Shown here: positions 20,394 to 30,212 of the stretch, in pieces
How the letters are laid out: each line of letters begins with the position of its first letter
How positions within the stretch are numbered: the stretch's first letter is position 1
NCBI GenBank assembly: GCA_946623825.1
Contig: CAMORN010000001.1
Location: 16,202 to 80,201, forward strand
Direction of reading: 5' to 3'
Length of the DNA: 64,000 bases
From: an uncultured Alphaproteobacteria bacterium
GTDB taxonomy: Bacteria > Pseudomonadota > Alphaproteobacteria > Rs-D84
Position numbers and translations under genes: made by a program
The notes under the pieces: model-generated
What the model saw: the letters and a program-made list of their open reading frames with translations, nothing else
What the model was told of the DNA's origin: nothing
Databases searched by the model: none

Positions 20394-21443
20394 ATGAGAG
20401 TATCTTTATTTGGAATATTTGCAGTTATTTTAATTTCTGGCGTTGTTGGTTATATGTTCGCGAATCGTGAAATACCACATCTGTCAAATCAATGGGATAA
20501 GGTTTTTGTAAAAAATGACCAAGTTTCCACACAAAAAGTGGTATTTAAAAACAGATATGGAATCAAATTGGTTGGTGATTTATATATGCCGAAAGAAAAA
20601 ATTAAAGATTACAGATATCCTGCGATTGCTGTTTCTGGACCTTTTGGTGCAGTGAAAGAACAATCTTCGGGTCTGTATGCTCAAGAAATGGCAAAACGTG
20701 GTTTTATAACATTGGCTTTTGATCCATCTTTTACTGGTGAAAGTGGGGGCAAGGTTCGTAATGTCGCGTCTCCAGACATTAACACAGAAGATTTTTCTGC
20801 CGCGGTTGATTATTTATCAAATCGCAAAGATGTAAATCCTGAAAAAATAGGTATCATTGGTATTTGTGGTTGGGGTGGTATGGCTATAAATGCGGCCGCT
20901 ATGGATACCCGTATCAAGGCAACAGTTGCATCAACTATGTATGATATGACACGTGTTACTGCAAATGGTTATTTTGATGCGGACGACAATGAAGATGCTC
21001 GTTTTGCAAGCAAGAAAGCAATGAATGAACAAAGAACAATAGATTATAAAAACGGCAAATATGAATTGGCGGGCGGTGTTGTTGACCCATTACCAGCAGA
21101 TGCACCACAATTTGTAAAAGATTATTATGCTTATTATAAAACACCACGCGGATATCATAAACGTTCATTGAATTCCAATGGTGGCTGGAATAAAACAAGT
21201 GCGCTGTCTTTTATAAATATGCCAATATTACAACGTGCTGATGAAATCAGAAGTGCGGTTTTGATTGTTCATGGTGAAAATGCACATTCCCGTTATTTTA
21301 GTGAAGATGCGTTTGCTAAATTGAAGGGCGATAACAAAGAATTGTTGATTATTCCGGGTGCAAACCATGTTGATTTATATGACAATATGGAAAAAATCCC
21401 ATTTGATAAAATAGACGATTTCTTTGAATCAAATCTGAAATAA
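20394..21443 (+). CDS. Alpha/beta hydrolase (YcjY/dienelactone hydrolase-like)
   Basis: GPFGAVKEQ, FDPSFTGESGG, GICGWGG (Cys nucleophile elbow) and GANHVDLYD motifs; N-terminal TM/signal segment. Confidence 0.9.
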   Translation: MRVSLFGIFAVILISGVVGYMFANREIPHLSNQWDKVFVKNDQVSTQKVVFKNRYGIKLVGDLYMPKEKIKDYRYPAIAVSGPFGAVKEQSSGLYAQEMAKRGFITLAFDPSFTGESGGKVRNVASPDINTEDFSAAVDYLSNRKDVNPEKIGIIGICGWGGMAINAAAMDTRIKATVASTMYDMTRVTANGYFDADDNEDARFASKKAMNEQRTIDYKNGKYELAGGVVDPLPADAPQFVKDYYAYYKTPRGYHKRSLNSNGGWNKTSALSFINMPILQRADEIRSAVLIVHGENAHSRYFSEDAFAKLKGDNKELLIIPGANHVDLYDNMEKIPFDKIDDFFESNLK

Positions 21444-21559
21444 TAAAAAAGATAATAAAAAAGCACCCGAAAGGGTGTTTTTTTATACTATAACCATAAT
21501 AACAAAATACTTGACAAAAACTTTTATTGTGTTATTTTTTATAAAAAAAAGAGGGCAAA

Positions 21560-21922
21560 ATGGAAAATTATGAAAAACAAATTCATTCCAATATCATAGG
21601 GCGTGTTAAAAATCATGCTGGTTATGTAAAGGAAGAAGATGAATATTCAACAAATCCAGATGATTTGTATATTACAAATGAAAAAGAATTTGGTTTGGAT
21701 GAAGATATGGTAAGGGTTGATAAAAACGAAGTTGTCGTTTCGTATGTAAAAAAATTAAAAATGGTTCAGACCCGTCTTAAAACCGAAAAAAATCCAAAAG
21801 AAAAAAGAAAGTTGGAAAAAATTATAGAAAATATAAAAACAGGTTTGTTTTTGGAACGTGATTTTATAGAACGTTCAAAAAAACAAAAATTTGCTGAATT
21901 TATGGCAACTTTGTCAAAATAA
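21560..21922 (+). CDS. Hypothetical protein
   Basis: 120-aa ORF with GAGGG RBS and a downstream terminator. Confidence 0.7.
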   Translation: MENYEKQIHSNIIGRVKNHAGYVKEEDEYSTNPDDLYITNEKEFGLDEDMVRVDKNEVVVSYVKKLKMVQTRLKTEKNPKEKRKLEKIIENIKTGLFLERDFIERSKKQKFAEFMATLSK

Positions 21923-21947
21923 AAGAACGCCCGTTTGGGCGTTTTTT

Positions 21948-22499
21948 TTATATCTCTGATTTCAATTTTCCAAAATAACATTTATCTCTTAAAGAACCGT
22001 TTGGCCATTTGGAATCTTTGCGGATAATACCTTCTAGTTTATAACCATTTTTTTCTGCAATTTTTCTGGACGCTGTGTTTTCTGTGTCGCAATTTATTTG
22101 AATTTTATGACACCAATCACAATCAAAAGCCAACTTTTCAATATGTGGTAATAATTTATTTATTATTCCATGACCACGGGCAGATTTTTTAAGCCAATAT
22201 GCAATCATAACCTTTCCTGTTCGTGGCATTATCGCAGAAAAGCCAATTTCGCCCAATAATTCATCATCTTGAAAAATCTGAAACATTTTTCTGTTTGGTG
22301 TTATTGTGCGTTTTTTATAATGCATATATGTTTCTTCCACAGATTCAAATACACCGTCTGGTAAAAAGAAAGTCATTGTTTCACGATCTGAATCAAATAT
22401 GTTGAAAACTTCAATTGCCAATTTAAATGTAGGCGGTAATATTTTTAATGTGAAACCTTCGGCATTTAATTCGGTTGTTGGTATGAAATCTGGGTTCAT
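21948..22499 (-). CDS. RimJ/RimL-type GNAT acetyltransferase
   Basis: 'IAYWLKKSARGHGI' and 'NTASRKIAEKNGYKLEGIIR' motifs. Confidence 0.9.
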   Translation of the reverse strand: MNPDFIPTTELNAEGFTLKILPPTFKLAIEVFNIFDSDRETMTFFLPDGVFESVEETYMHYKKRTITPNRKMFQIFQDDELLGEIGFSAIMPRTGKVMIAYWLKKSARGHGIINKLLPHIEKLAFDCDWCHKIQINCDTENTASRKIAEKNGYKLEGIIRKDSKWPNGSLRDKCYFGKLKSEI

Positions 22500-22570
22500 T
22501 TGTTGTCCTTTTTTATATTATAACATATCTTTTTTATTATGATATAATTAAAATATATTTAGGAGATTAT

Positions 22571-23257
22571 ATGAAGAAATTATTGATATGGGATTTTGAT
22601 GGTGTTATCGCAGACAGCGAAAAATTATGGGTTCGTGCATGGGACGAAGTTTTAAAAAGCGAAAAAAATATTTCTTTGTCTGAAAATGATAAAACGAATT
22701 TGTTGGTTGGTGTTGCGGATAAAACAAGACGTGACAGATTGCAAAATTTAATTCCAAATTTAATTTTAGATGATGAATTTATGAATAAAATCAGCGAACG
22801 TGAATTTTATCTCGGAACCAATTTTATGACTGCGATAAATGGTGTTGAAAATGTTATGAATAATAATTTATTTGAACATTGTATTGCAACGGGTGGAACG
22901 CGCGAACAACACAATTGGAAAATGACACAATTCAAATGGATTGAAAAATATATGTCTGTGGACGATTATTTTACAGTTGATATGGTTGAACATGGAAAAC
23001 CAGAACCTGATTTATTTTTAATTGCTGCCAAAACAAAGGGGTATAAACCGTCTGACTGTATTGTTATTGGCGACAGTATAAATGATTTTATTGCCGCAAC
23101 AAAGGCGGGTATGTCATGTATAGCATTTATTGGTGCAACCGGTAATAATACGCCAGAGTATGCTGAAAAATGTAAACAATATGGCGTTTATGCCGTATGT
23201 AATACAATGATTCGGGTAAATGATGTTTTGAATAAATGGTATGAAGAAAGGAAGTAA
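22571..23257 (+). CDS. HAD-family phosphatase (beta-PGM-like)
   Basis: WDFDGVIADSE, GKPEPDLF and VIGDSIND HAD motifs. Confidence 0.92.
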   Translation: MKKLLIWDFDGVIADSEKLWVRAWDEVLKSEKNISLSENDKTNLLVGVADKTRRDRLQNLIPNLILDDEFMNKISEREFYLGTNFMTAINGVENVMNNNLFEHCIATGGTREQHNWKMTQFKWIEKYMSVDDYFTVDMVEHGKPEPDLFLIAAKTKGYKPSDCIVIGDSINDFIAATKAGMSCIAFIGATGNNTPEYAEKCKQYGVYAVCNTMIRVNDVLNKWYEERK

Positions 23258-23259
23258 AT

Positions 23260-23838
23260 ATGGAAAAATTTTTTAGTTTATTTAAAAGAAATCTTGAAAC
23301 AGAACGTCTCGATTTGCGTATATTGGAACCAAGTTTAGAAAACGCACAAATTGTTTGGAATGTTATGAAAAACGAAAATCCAGATGATTATAAATATATG
23401 TGGTTTTCAATGACACATAAATCACATTTGGTTGAATCTGTGGAAGAAACTTTTGACAGAATCAATGTTGATTACAATCAAAAAAATGGTTGTGCATATT
23501 ATATTTTCTATGAAAACAAATTTATTGGTTATATGCGTGTTCATTATATAGAAAATAATAATTCATTACAGTGCGCTAGTGTTTGGTTTATAAAATCACA
23601 ATGGGGTAAAGGATTCAACAAAGAAGTCCATAAAAAATTGGAAGATTTAGCTTTTAATGAATTACATGTAAATCGTATCTGTCGTCAAGTTATGGCAGAT
23701 AATGAACGTTCCAGACATTCCATAGAATCAAGCGGTTATCATCTGGACGGTATTGATCGTCAGGCAAATAAAATGGAAGATGGAACATATATGGACCATT
23801 TGTGGTATTCTAAATTGGCCAGCGAATATAAAGGCTAG
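23260..23838 (+). CDS. RimJ/RimL-type GNAT acetyltransferase
   Basis: 'LETERLDLR', 'QWGKGF' and 'NERSRHSIESSGY' motifs. Confidence 0.88.
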   Translation: MEKFFSLFKRNLETERLDLRILEPSLENAQIVWNVMKNENPDDYKYMWFSMTHKSHLVESVEETFDRINVDYNQKNGCAYYIFYENKFIGYMRVHYIENNNSLQCASVWFIKSQWGKGFNKEVHKKLEDLAFNELHVNRICRQVMADNERSRHSIESSGYHLDGIDRQANKMEDGTYMDHLWYSKLASEYKG

Positions 23839-24512
23839 TCCTGTTCGTGTCCACCAAATTGATTTTGTATGTTAAATAAATTTTTTATTTTTATAGATGC
23901 ATTATTAAATATGCGTTTTATAAAAACACGATTATATATTTTCTTTAATTTTTCATAAGAATCAATTTGTGCGTGTTCATTTGGAGTTAAAATCGCGGAT
24001 ATTATATAATCGTTTGTTCCGTGTTGTGTGGCATCTATTTTATTTCCAATTTTGCATTCAAAATCTATTTTTGCACGATTGAAATTTTTTACACCACCAG
24101 CTGGGTTTAATAATTGTAAACCGTTTGACATTTTAACGGCAACAATTTGATGGCCAGACAATTGGTGGCCTTTGTTTTCTATTTTCACACATGGAATAAT
24201 AAATATATCTGATAAACCGATTTCTTGGGCGTATTTTGCAAACATATCGGCGCGTCCAGAACACCCAACAACATAAGACGGAATTTTATATTGTTCAATT
24301 TCATCTGCATTGAAAGAAAACATATTTTGTTTTGATTTTATTTTGTGGTTTTTGTCGTGCAACCACAAATTACGATAATAAAATTCATCATGTCCGTTAT
24401 TGGAATGCGCCATTTGTTTATAAGATTCAGGAACAACATCAACAGATGCAAAAAAATCGTCTGTTTTACGCAACGTGATATTTATTTTTTCAATTGTTTC
24501 TTTATCTGTCAT
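23835..24512 (-). CDS. Hypothetical protein with possible transglutaminase-like Cys/His core
   Basis: 'GCSGRADMFAKYA' followed by 'GHQIVAV' and 'LNP' resembles the papain-like transglutaminase core. Confidence 0.6.
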   Translation of the reverse strand: MTDKETIEKINITLRKTDDFFASVDVVPESYKQMAHSNNGHDEFYYRNLWLHDKNHKIKSKQNMFSFNADEIEQYKIPSYVVGCSGRADMFAKYAQEIGLSDIFIIPCVKIENKGHQLSGHQIVAVKMSNGLQLLNPAGGVKNFNRAKIDFECKIGNKIDATQHGTNDYIISAILTPNEHAQIDSYEKLKKIYNRVFIKRIFNNASIKIKNLFNIQNQFGGHEQD

Positions 24513-25254
24513 GGCTTTGAATATTTGCTGATGATTCTTGGGTGTCCAACATTTGTTGTATTTTTATACGCAAATCTTTGCGGTCTTGGTTTGCGTTTAA
24601 TTCAAGTGGGTTTTCTTTGTATAAATCTCTGTCGCGTCTTGGGTTAACATAAAACATTTGTGCTTCTTCATTAACCGTTGGATCAAGAATAGATATGTTT
24701 TGAATATACATATCAACCACATGAGTCATTTCGTGTTTCAAATCCATCAAGAAAAGCAAAGGTGTTTTTTGATAAAATACATCTGATACATTAATATACA
24801 GTTTATTGGTTCTGGTTACACCCATCAGGGCACCTGGGACATCTCTGTTTATTACGGTGAGATTTGGTATGCAAGATATAATATCTTCACGAAAAGCCTT
24901 GTCTGCGATATCATTTGTTTTTACATAATCACTGCCATCGCGGGTATGTAATGCAACTTTGTCATTTAAAATATCAAATTTAATATTTTGCAAAAAAGCT
25001 TTTACGATTTTATCTGTGATAGATACTTTTTCATCAGGTGTTTTTTTATCCCAATTTATAAAAGAACCGAATACAGTTTTATCATTACATGCGTCTAAAA
25101 ATCTTTGTGTTAAATAGTTTGCAAATTTTTCTGCTTTTTCTTTATCTATTTGACCACGGAAAACTTCGTTTTTCGCACGAACATATTTTTCCCATTTTTC
25201 TGTTGTTTCCATTGCATCAAATATTTCTGTAAGCTTTTTGTTTTCGTTAGTCAT
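24502..25254 (-). CDS. Hypothetical protein with HExxH zinc-metallopeptidase motif
   Basis: 'LKHEMTHVVD' with a downstream 'NPLELNA' glutamate. Confidence 0.65.
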   Translation of the reverse strand: MTNENKKLTEIFDAMETTEKWEKYVRAKNEVFRGQIDKEKAEKFANYLTQRFLDACNDKTVFGSFINWDKKTPDEKVSITDKIVKAFLQNIKFDILNDKVALHTRDGSDYVKTNDIADKAFREDIISCIPNLTVINRDVPGALMGVTRTNKLYINVSDVFYQKTPLLFLMDLKHEMTHVVDMYIQNISILDPTVNEEAQMFYVNPRRDRDLYKENPLELNANQDRKDLRIKIQQMLDTQESSANIQSHDR

Positions 25255-25267
25255 AATAAACCCTTTC

Positions 25268-25855
25268 TTATGCAGCCTGTTTTGCAGAACCCTTGATTAA
25301 TTCAAGATTTTGTCGATAGAAAGCAAGCGAATTGTCCATAACTTTTTTTAATGTTTCAGCCAAATTTAATGCCATTGTGTGTTTTGTTCTTGCAAATAAT
25401 AATCTTTCTGTCAGTGTTTTTATGTTTGCTTCTATATCTGGTGCAGGATTTTTAGAATATTGTAATTTTGCTGCTGCCAATTTTGCTTCTATTGTTGTTA
25501 CTGATTTAAAAGCAGGGATTGTTTCATTATCTAATTGATTACGCCATGCCTGTTTGTTATCCAGATATTGTTGCCACAATTCATCTAAATGTTTATTAAA
25601 AGCAGGATTTGCAAATTTTGTTTCATCTTTTACTGGTTCTGCTGGTTTTTGAACATTTTTATTTTGTTCCAAGAAATGTTTTTGGAAAACCATATTTGCT
25701 GCATTTACAGATTGCATCATATCTTTCGCATTTTCATCGTTTGGATGCAGGTCAGGGTGATACAATTTTGTCATTTTCTTATATGCAGTATGAACCTGTT
25801 CTTTTGTAGCGGTTGGTTCAATGTTTAATATTTTGGCAGCTTCTGTTAAATTCAT
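25268..25855 (-). CDS. J-domain-containing protein
   Basis: N-terminal J domain with HPD ('LYHPDLHP'); helical C-terminus. Confidence 0.88.
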   Translation of the reverse strand: MNLTEAAKILNIEPTATKEQVHTAYKKMTKLYHPDLHPNDENAKDMMQSVNAANMVFQKHFLEQNKNVQKPAEPVKDETKFANPAFNKHLDELWQQYLDNKQAWRNQLDNETIPAFKSVTTIEAKLAAAKLQYSKNPAPDIEANIKTLTERLLFARTKHTMALNLAETLKKVMDNSLAFYRQNLELIKGSAKQAA

Positions 25856-25895
25856 GTTTTAATTCCTTTTATGGATATATTATACCATATTTTGA

Positions 25896-26195
25896 TTAAA
25901 TTTTGTTTGATTTTTTAATAGGTTTGTGGTTTTGATAATACAAAGTCAAAACGAATACAATTATTACCAAAGACAAACTTAAAATAGAAACAGATATAAT
26001 TCCGATTTCAGGTGTTTCCAATAAAACATAAATCAAATAGCATACATCTGAAACAACCCATGATGCCCACGAAGCCAAACTTAAATCATCTGCGGATTTT
26101 GTTTTGATGATTTTAACAATTTGTGGGACATAAGAAACAAATTCCATAACTGTATAAACTGATAAAAAACATAACGCAATCAAAGTTTTCGTCAT
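25896..26195 (-). CDS. PQ-loop/SemiSWEET family transporter
   Basis: 'YVPQIVKIIKTKSADDLS' PQ-loop motif; three TM helices. Confidence 0.88.
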   Translation of the reverse strand: MTKTLIALCFLSVYTVMEFVSYVPQIVKIIKTKSADDLSLASWASWVVSDVCYLIYVLLETPEIGIISVSILSLSLVIIVFVLTLYYQNHKPIKKSNKI

Positions 26196-26262
26196 AATAA
26201 ATCCTTTTAAGGAATTATATCATAAATATATGTAAATAAAAACACCCGTTTGGGCGTTTTTT

Positions 26263-26946
26263 TTATTCGTATTTAGATAATAAATCTTTCCATTTTTGTG
26301 GGGCGTTTATTTCATCAAAATATGTTTTAAGAAAATTTACAACTGTTTGATGTCTTTTGTTTATACATTTTTTTCCAGGTTCTGTTAAACATACATCACG
26401 CAATTTTAATATTTTTTCAAAAAAATGATTTACAGTTGGTGTATAAACGCGTTGTTTATATGTTTCTGCATCTAATGATTCGCGTGGAAAACAATCTGGG
26501 TCAAAGAACGGTTCGTGAATTGAACCCGAACGATATTCTATCGCACGAATTAAACCGATTAAACCAGATGCGTCGCACATATCTGCATCAGACACAATTG
26601 CACCTTCTATGCCGTATGCTTGGATACCTTTTAATCTTTTGCTGTATCCGATGGTTTTTACAATATTTATGCAATTTTCACAAAAATCATTATCAAAACC
26701 AGAACCAGCCAATATGCGTCGTGTATTGGTTAGCAATCGTTCAGATTCAGCACCAAATAATTTGTAATCATCACAATCATGTAATAACGCAGCGGCTGCA
26801 ACTAAATCACGATTTGCGTTTGGAATTTCATCACAGAAAGACATGGCATTATCATAGACACGAAATACATGTTTATCATCATGACCAACAGAATTGTTGC
26901 CCAATAATTCAGAAACTGCATTTTTAATATATTCTATGTTTGCCAT
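26263..26946 (-). CDS. HD domain phosphohydrolase
   Basis: 'GHDDKHVFRV', 'ALLHDCDD', 'IVSDADMCDA' and 'HFFEKILKL' motifs. Confidence 0.9.
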   Translation of the reverse strand: MANIEYIKNAVSELLGNNSVGHDDKHVFRVYDNAMSFCDEIPNANRDLVAAAALLHDCDDYKLFGAESERLLTNTRRILAGSGFDNDFCENCINIVKTIGYSKRLKGIQAYGIEGAIVSDADMCDASGLIGLIRAIEYRSGSIHEPFFDPDCFPRESLDAETYKQRVYTPTVNHFFEKILKLRDVCLTEPGKKCINKRHQTVVNFLKTYFDEINAPQKWKDLLSKYE

Positions 26947-26963
26947 GTTCTTTCCGTTTTTTA

Positions 26964-28121
26964 TTACAGTGATGATTTGATTATTTCCAATGCTTTCTTT
27001 AATGTATCAAAAGGAATGTTTAATGCAGGCAACAAACGAACCTTGTCTTTTGCAGTTAAACATAAAACACCTTTTTCAATGCATTCTTTGACAACATCTG
27101 CTGCTTTTTTGTTTGCAGGTTTTATTCCAACCATTAAACCAATTCCAGATATTTCTGCAACATTAGAATCGCCATTAAAGAATTCTTTGATGAAATCACC
27201 TTTTTCTTTAACAGACGCTAATAATTCATCATCTATTCTTTCAACGATAGAAACCGCACCAGATGCAACAACAGGATTTCCACCAAATGTAGAACCGTGG
27301 TCACCAAATGCAAACACATCTTTTACTTTTTCGCCCAGTAAAGTTGCCCCCATTGGCAAACCGCCCGCCAGACCTTTTGCGGTGCTGACAACATCAGGTT
27401 TAATTCCATAATTCATGTATGAATAAAATTTACCTGTTCTGCCATTCCCAGTTTGCACTTCGTCTATGATTAACAGAATATCGTTTTGCGCACAATATTC
27501 TGCGACAGATTTAACATAATCTTGTGGTAAAACATTTACGCCACCTTCGCCCTGAATACATTCAATCATAATCGCAGCGGTTGTTTTTGGATCAACTGAT
27601 TTCAATTCGTCTAAATCGCCAATGTGAATATGTTTGAATCCTGGGGTCAATGGTTGAAACAATTCATGATAGTGGTCTTGACCTGTGGCGGCCAATGTTG
27701 TCAATGTACGACCATGAAAACTGTTCCAAAGAGTGACGATATTATAGCAATCAGTTCCTTTCTTTTCAGCGGCATATTTACGTGCAATTTTGATGGCACA
27801 TTCGTTCGCTTCTGCCCCAGAATTAGAAAAGAACACTTTTGACATACCTGTTTTTTCTATCAACAAAGATGCCAGTTTCGTGCAAGGTTCTGTATAATAT
27901 AGATTTGATGTATGTTGTACCAGATTGATTTGTTTTGTGATTGCGTTTTTCCAAATTTCATCACAGAAACCAAAACTGGTCACACCAATTCCAGAACCCA
28001 TATCAATATATTCTTTGCCATTTTCATCTATTGCAATTGAACCGTGTCCCGAAACAATAGTCACAGGAAATCTGTTATAAGTAGATGCAATAAATTGTTT
28101 ATCTGTTTCTTGAATATTCAT
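26964..28121 (-). CDS. argD: Acetylornithine aminotransferase
   Basis: NSGAEANE, FHGRT, IQGEGG, DEVQTG and TAKGLAGG (PLP Lys) motifs; operon context. Confidence 0.95.
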   Translation of the reverse strand: MNIQETDKQFIASTYNRFPVTIVSGHGSIAIDENGKEYIDMGSGIGVTSFGFCDEIWKNAITKQINLVQHTSNLYYTEPCTKLASLLIEKTGMSKVFFSNSGAEANECAIKIARKYAAEKKGTDCYNIVTLWNSFHGRTLTTLAATGQDHYHELFQPLTPGFKHIHIGDLDELKSVDPKTTAAIMIECIQGEGGVNVLPQDYVKSVAEYCAQNDILLIIDEVQTGNGRTGKFYSYMNYGIKPDVVSTAKGLAGGLPMGATLLGEKVKDVFAFGDHGSTFGGNPVVASGAVSIVERIDDELLASVKEKGDFIKEFFNGDSNVAEISGIGLMVGIKPANKKAADVVKECIEKGVLCLTAKDKVRLLPALNIPFDTLKKALEIIKSSL

Positions 28122-28125
28122 TTTT

Positions 28126-28992
28126 TTAATCCTTTGTAATCATGGTTCCTGCACCTTCATCAGTTAACAATTCCATCAGAATTGAATGAGGTACACGTCC
28201 GTCCATAATAATTACATTTTGAACGCCTTCGTTTAAGGCTTCTACGGCACATTCTACCTTTGGTATCATGCCACCAGAAATTATGCCTGCATCATGTAAT
28301 TGTTTTGATTCTTCCAATGTTATTTTTGGAATCAGTGTTGTTGGGTCATCTTTATCACGTAATATTCCTGCGATATCTGTCATCATGATAAGTTTTTCTG
28401 CACCCAACGCACCCGCTATATGTGCCACCGCAGTATCACCGTTTATGTTATAAACATTACCTTCATAATCGGCACCAACGGTTGAAATCACAGGTATATA
28501 ATTGTTTGCGATTAAATCAAGAATTGGTTGTGGATTTACATCTGTAATGCTTCCAACAAACCCCAATTTTTCATCTTTCTTTTTGCACATCAATAAACCG
28601 CCGTCCATACCGGATAAACCGATAGCGTTTCCGCCGTTCATTTCAAGCAGGTTAACCAAACTTTTGTTCACTTTACCTGCTAAAACCATCTGGACAATAT
28701 CAACGGTTTCTTTGTCTGTGACACGACAACCGTCTATGAATTGTGGAACATGTCCCAATCTTTCCATTAAATTGGTGATTTCTGGGCCGCCACCGTGAAC
28801 CAAAACAATTTTGACACCAATCAGCCACAACAGAACAATGTCTTCCATGACTTGTTGTTTTAATTCTTCGTTTATCATGGCGTTTCCGCCATATTTTACA
28901 ACAACGATTTTTCCAGTGTAACGTTTAATATATGGCAGAGCCTGAGTTAAAACTTCGGCTCTGTCTGAATTTGTGAAATCTGTTTTCATCAT
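28126..28992 (-). CDS. argB: Acetylglutamate kinase
   Basis: VVKYGGNAM, VHGGGPEI, NINGD and SGGMIPK motifs. Confidence 0.97.
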   Translation of the reverse strand: MMKTDFTNSDRAEVLTQALPYIKRYTGKIVVVKYGGNAMINEELKQQVMEDIVLLWLIGVKIVLVHGGGPEITNLMERLGHVPQFIDGCRVTDKETVDIVQMVLAGKVNKSLVNLLEMNGGNAIGLSGMDGGLLMCKKKDEKLGFVGSITDVNPQPILDLIANNYIPVISTVGADYEGNVYNINGDTAVAHIAGALGAEKLIMMTDIAGILRDKDDPTTLIPKITLEESKQLHDAGIISGGMIPKVECAVEALNEGVQNVIIMDGRVPHSILMELLTDEGAGTMITKD

Positions 28993-30212
28993 GTTCTGTA
29001 ATCCCCATTAATTTTGACATAGTCATATGTTAAATCACAACCATATGCTGTTGCAGATTCGTTTCCTGAATTCAGAGAAACCAAAATTTCAATTTCATCT
29101 TCTAATAAAATTTCTTTTGCAATTTCTTCTGAGAAAGGAACCCCAGCGCCATCTTTGCAAACATCAATTGTTCCTTTTGCACTTTTGAATGCAACATCAA
29201 CCTTTGTCACATCAACATCTGCACCGCTGTATCCAATCGCGCATAATACACGACCCCAGTTTGCATCTGAACCAAACATGGCTGCTTTTACAAGTGATGA
29301 ACAAATCACACTTTTTGCAACTGTTCTTGCAATGTCTTTTGTTTTTGCACCGCTTACAACACATTCAAGTAATTTTGTTGCACCTTCGCCGTCTTTTGCA
29401 ATTCTGCGAGATAAATTTGTCATCAACATATTTAATGCAGACAAAAATATTTTATAGTTTTCATCTTCCGTGACAATTCTATCATTTCCAGCCAACCCAT
29501 TTGCCATGATTGAAACCATGTCATTTGTAGATGTGTCGCCATCAACAGAAATCATATTAAATGTATCTTGGACAGTGTTAAACAAAGCCGTATGTAATAA
29601 ACCAGAATCAATATTTACATCAGATGTTATGAACACCAACATTGTTGCCATGTTTGGATGAATCATACCACTGCCTTTCGCGATACCACCAATTCTGCAT
29701 GTTTTACCATTGATGTTAAATTCCAATGCGATTTCTTTCATTTTTGTATCTGTTGTCATGATACCTTCTGCTGCATTGGCACTGCCGTTCGCAGATAATC
29801 CAGAAATTAAATTTGGAATTCCGTTTTTAATTGGTTCGATGCTCAAAGGTTGACCGATAACACCGGTTGAACCAACAATAACATCAGTTTTGTTTATGTG
29901 TAATTCATCAGATAATAATTTGCACATTTCTTCTGCAATTTCTATACCGTTTGCATTGCATGTGTTTGCATTTCCGCTGTTGCAAATTATTGCTTGCGCT
30001 TTGCCATCTGATAAATTGTTTTTTGTAACAGTCAAAGGTGCACCTTTGACAAGATTGGTTGTGTAAACAGCCGCGGCGTCTGCCTGTGTGGAAGATAAAA
30101 CCAAAGCTAAATCTTTCTTGGTTGTATTTTTTCTAATTCCACAGTGAACACCATTTGCTGTAAATCCGATAGGGGCACAAACACCACCATCTATTAAATT
30201 TATTGTGTCCAT
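28989..30212 (-). CDS. argJ: Ornithine acetyltransferase / N-acetylglutamate synthase
   Basis: NSGNAN, STGVIG, KGSGMIHPNMATML (autocleavage Thr), DGDTSTND and DGEGATK motifs. Confidence 0.97.
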   Translation of the reverse strand: MDTINLIDGGVCAPIGFTANGVHCGIRKNTTKKDLALVLSSTQADAAAVYTTNLVKGAPLTVTKNNLSDGKAQAIICNSGNANTCNANGIEIAEEMCKLLSDELHINKTDVIVGSTGVIGQPLSIEPIKNGIPNLISGLSANGSANAAEGIMTTDTKMKEIALEFNINGKTCRIGGIAKGSGMIHPNMATMLVFITSDVNIDSGLLHTALFNTVQDTFNMISVDGDTSTNDMVSIMANGLAGNDRIVTEDENYKIFLSALNMLMTNLSRRIAKDGEGATKLLECVVSGAKTKDIARTVAKSVICSSLVKAAMFGSDANWGRVLCAIGYSGADVDVTKVDVAFKSAKGTIDVCKDGAGVPFSEEIAKEILLEDEIEILVSLNSGNESATAYGCDLTYDYVKINGDYRT

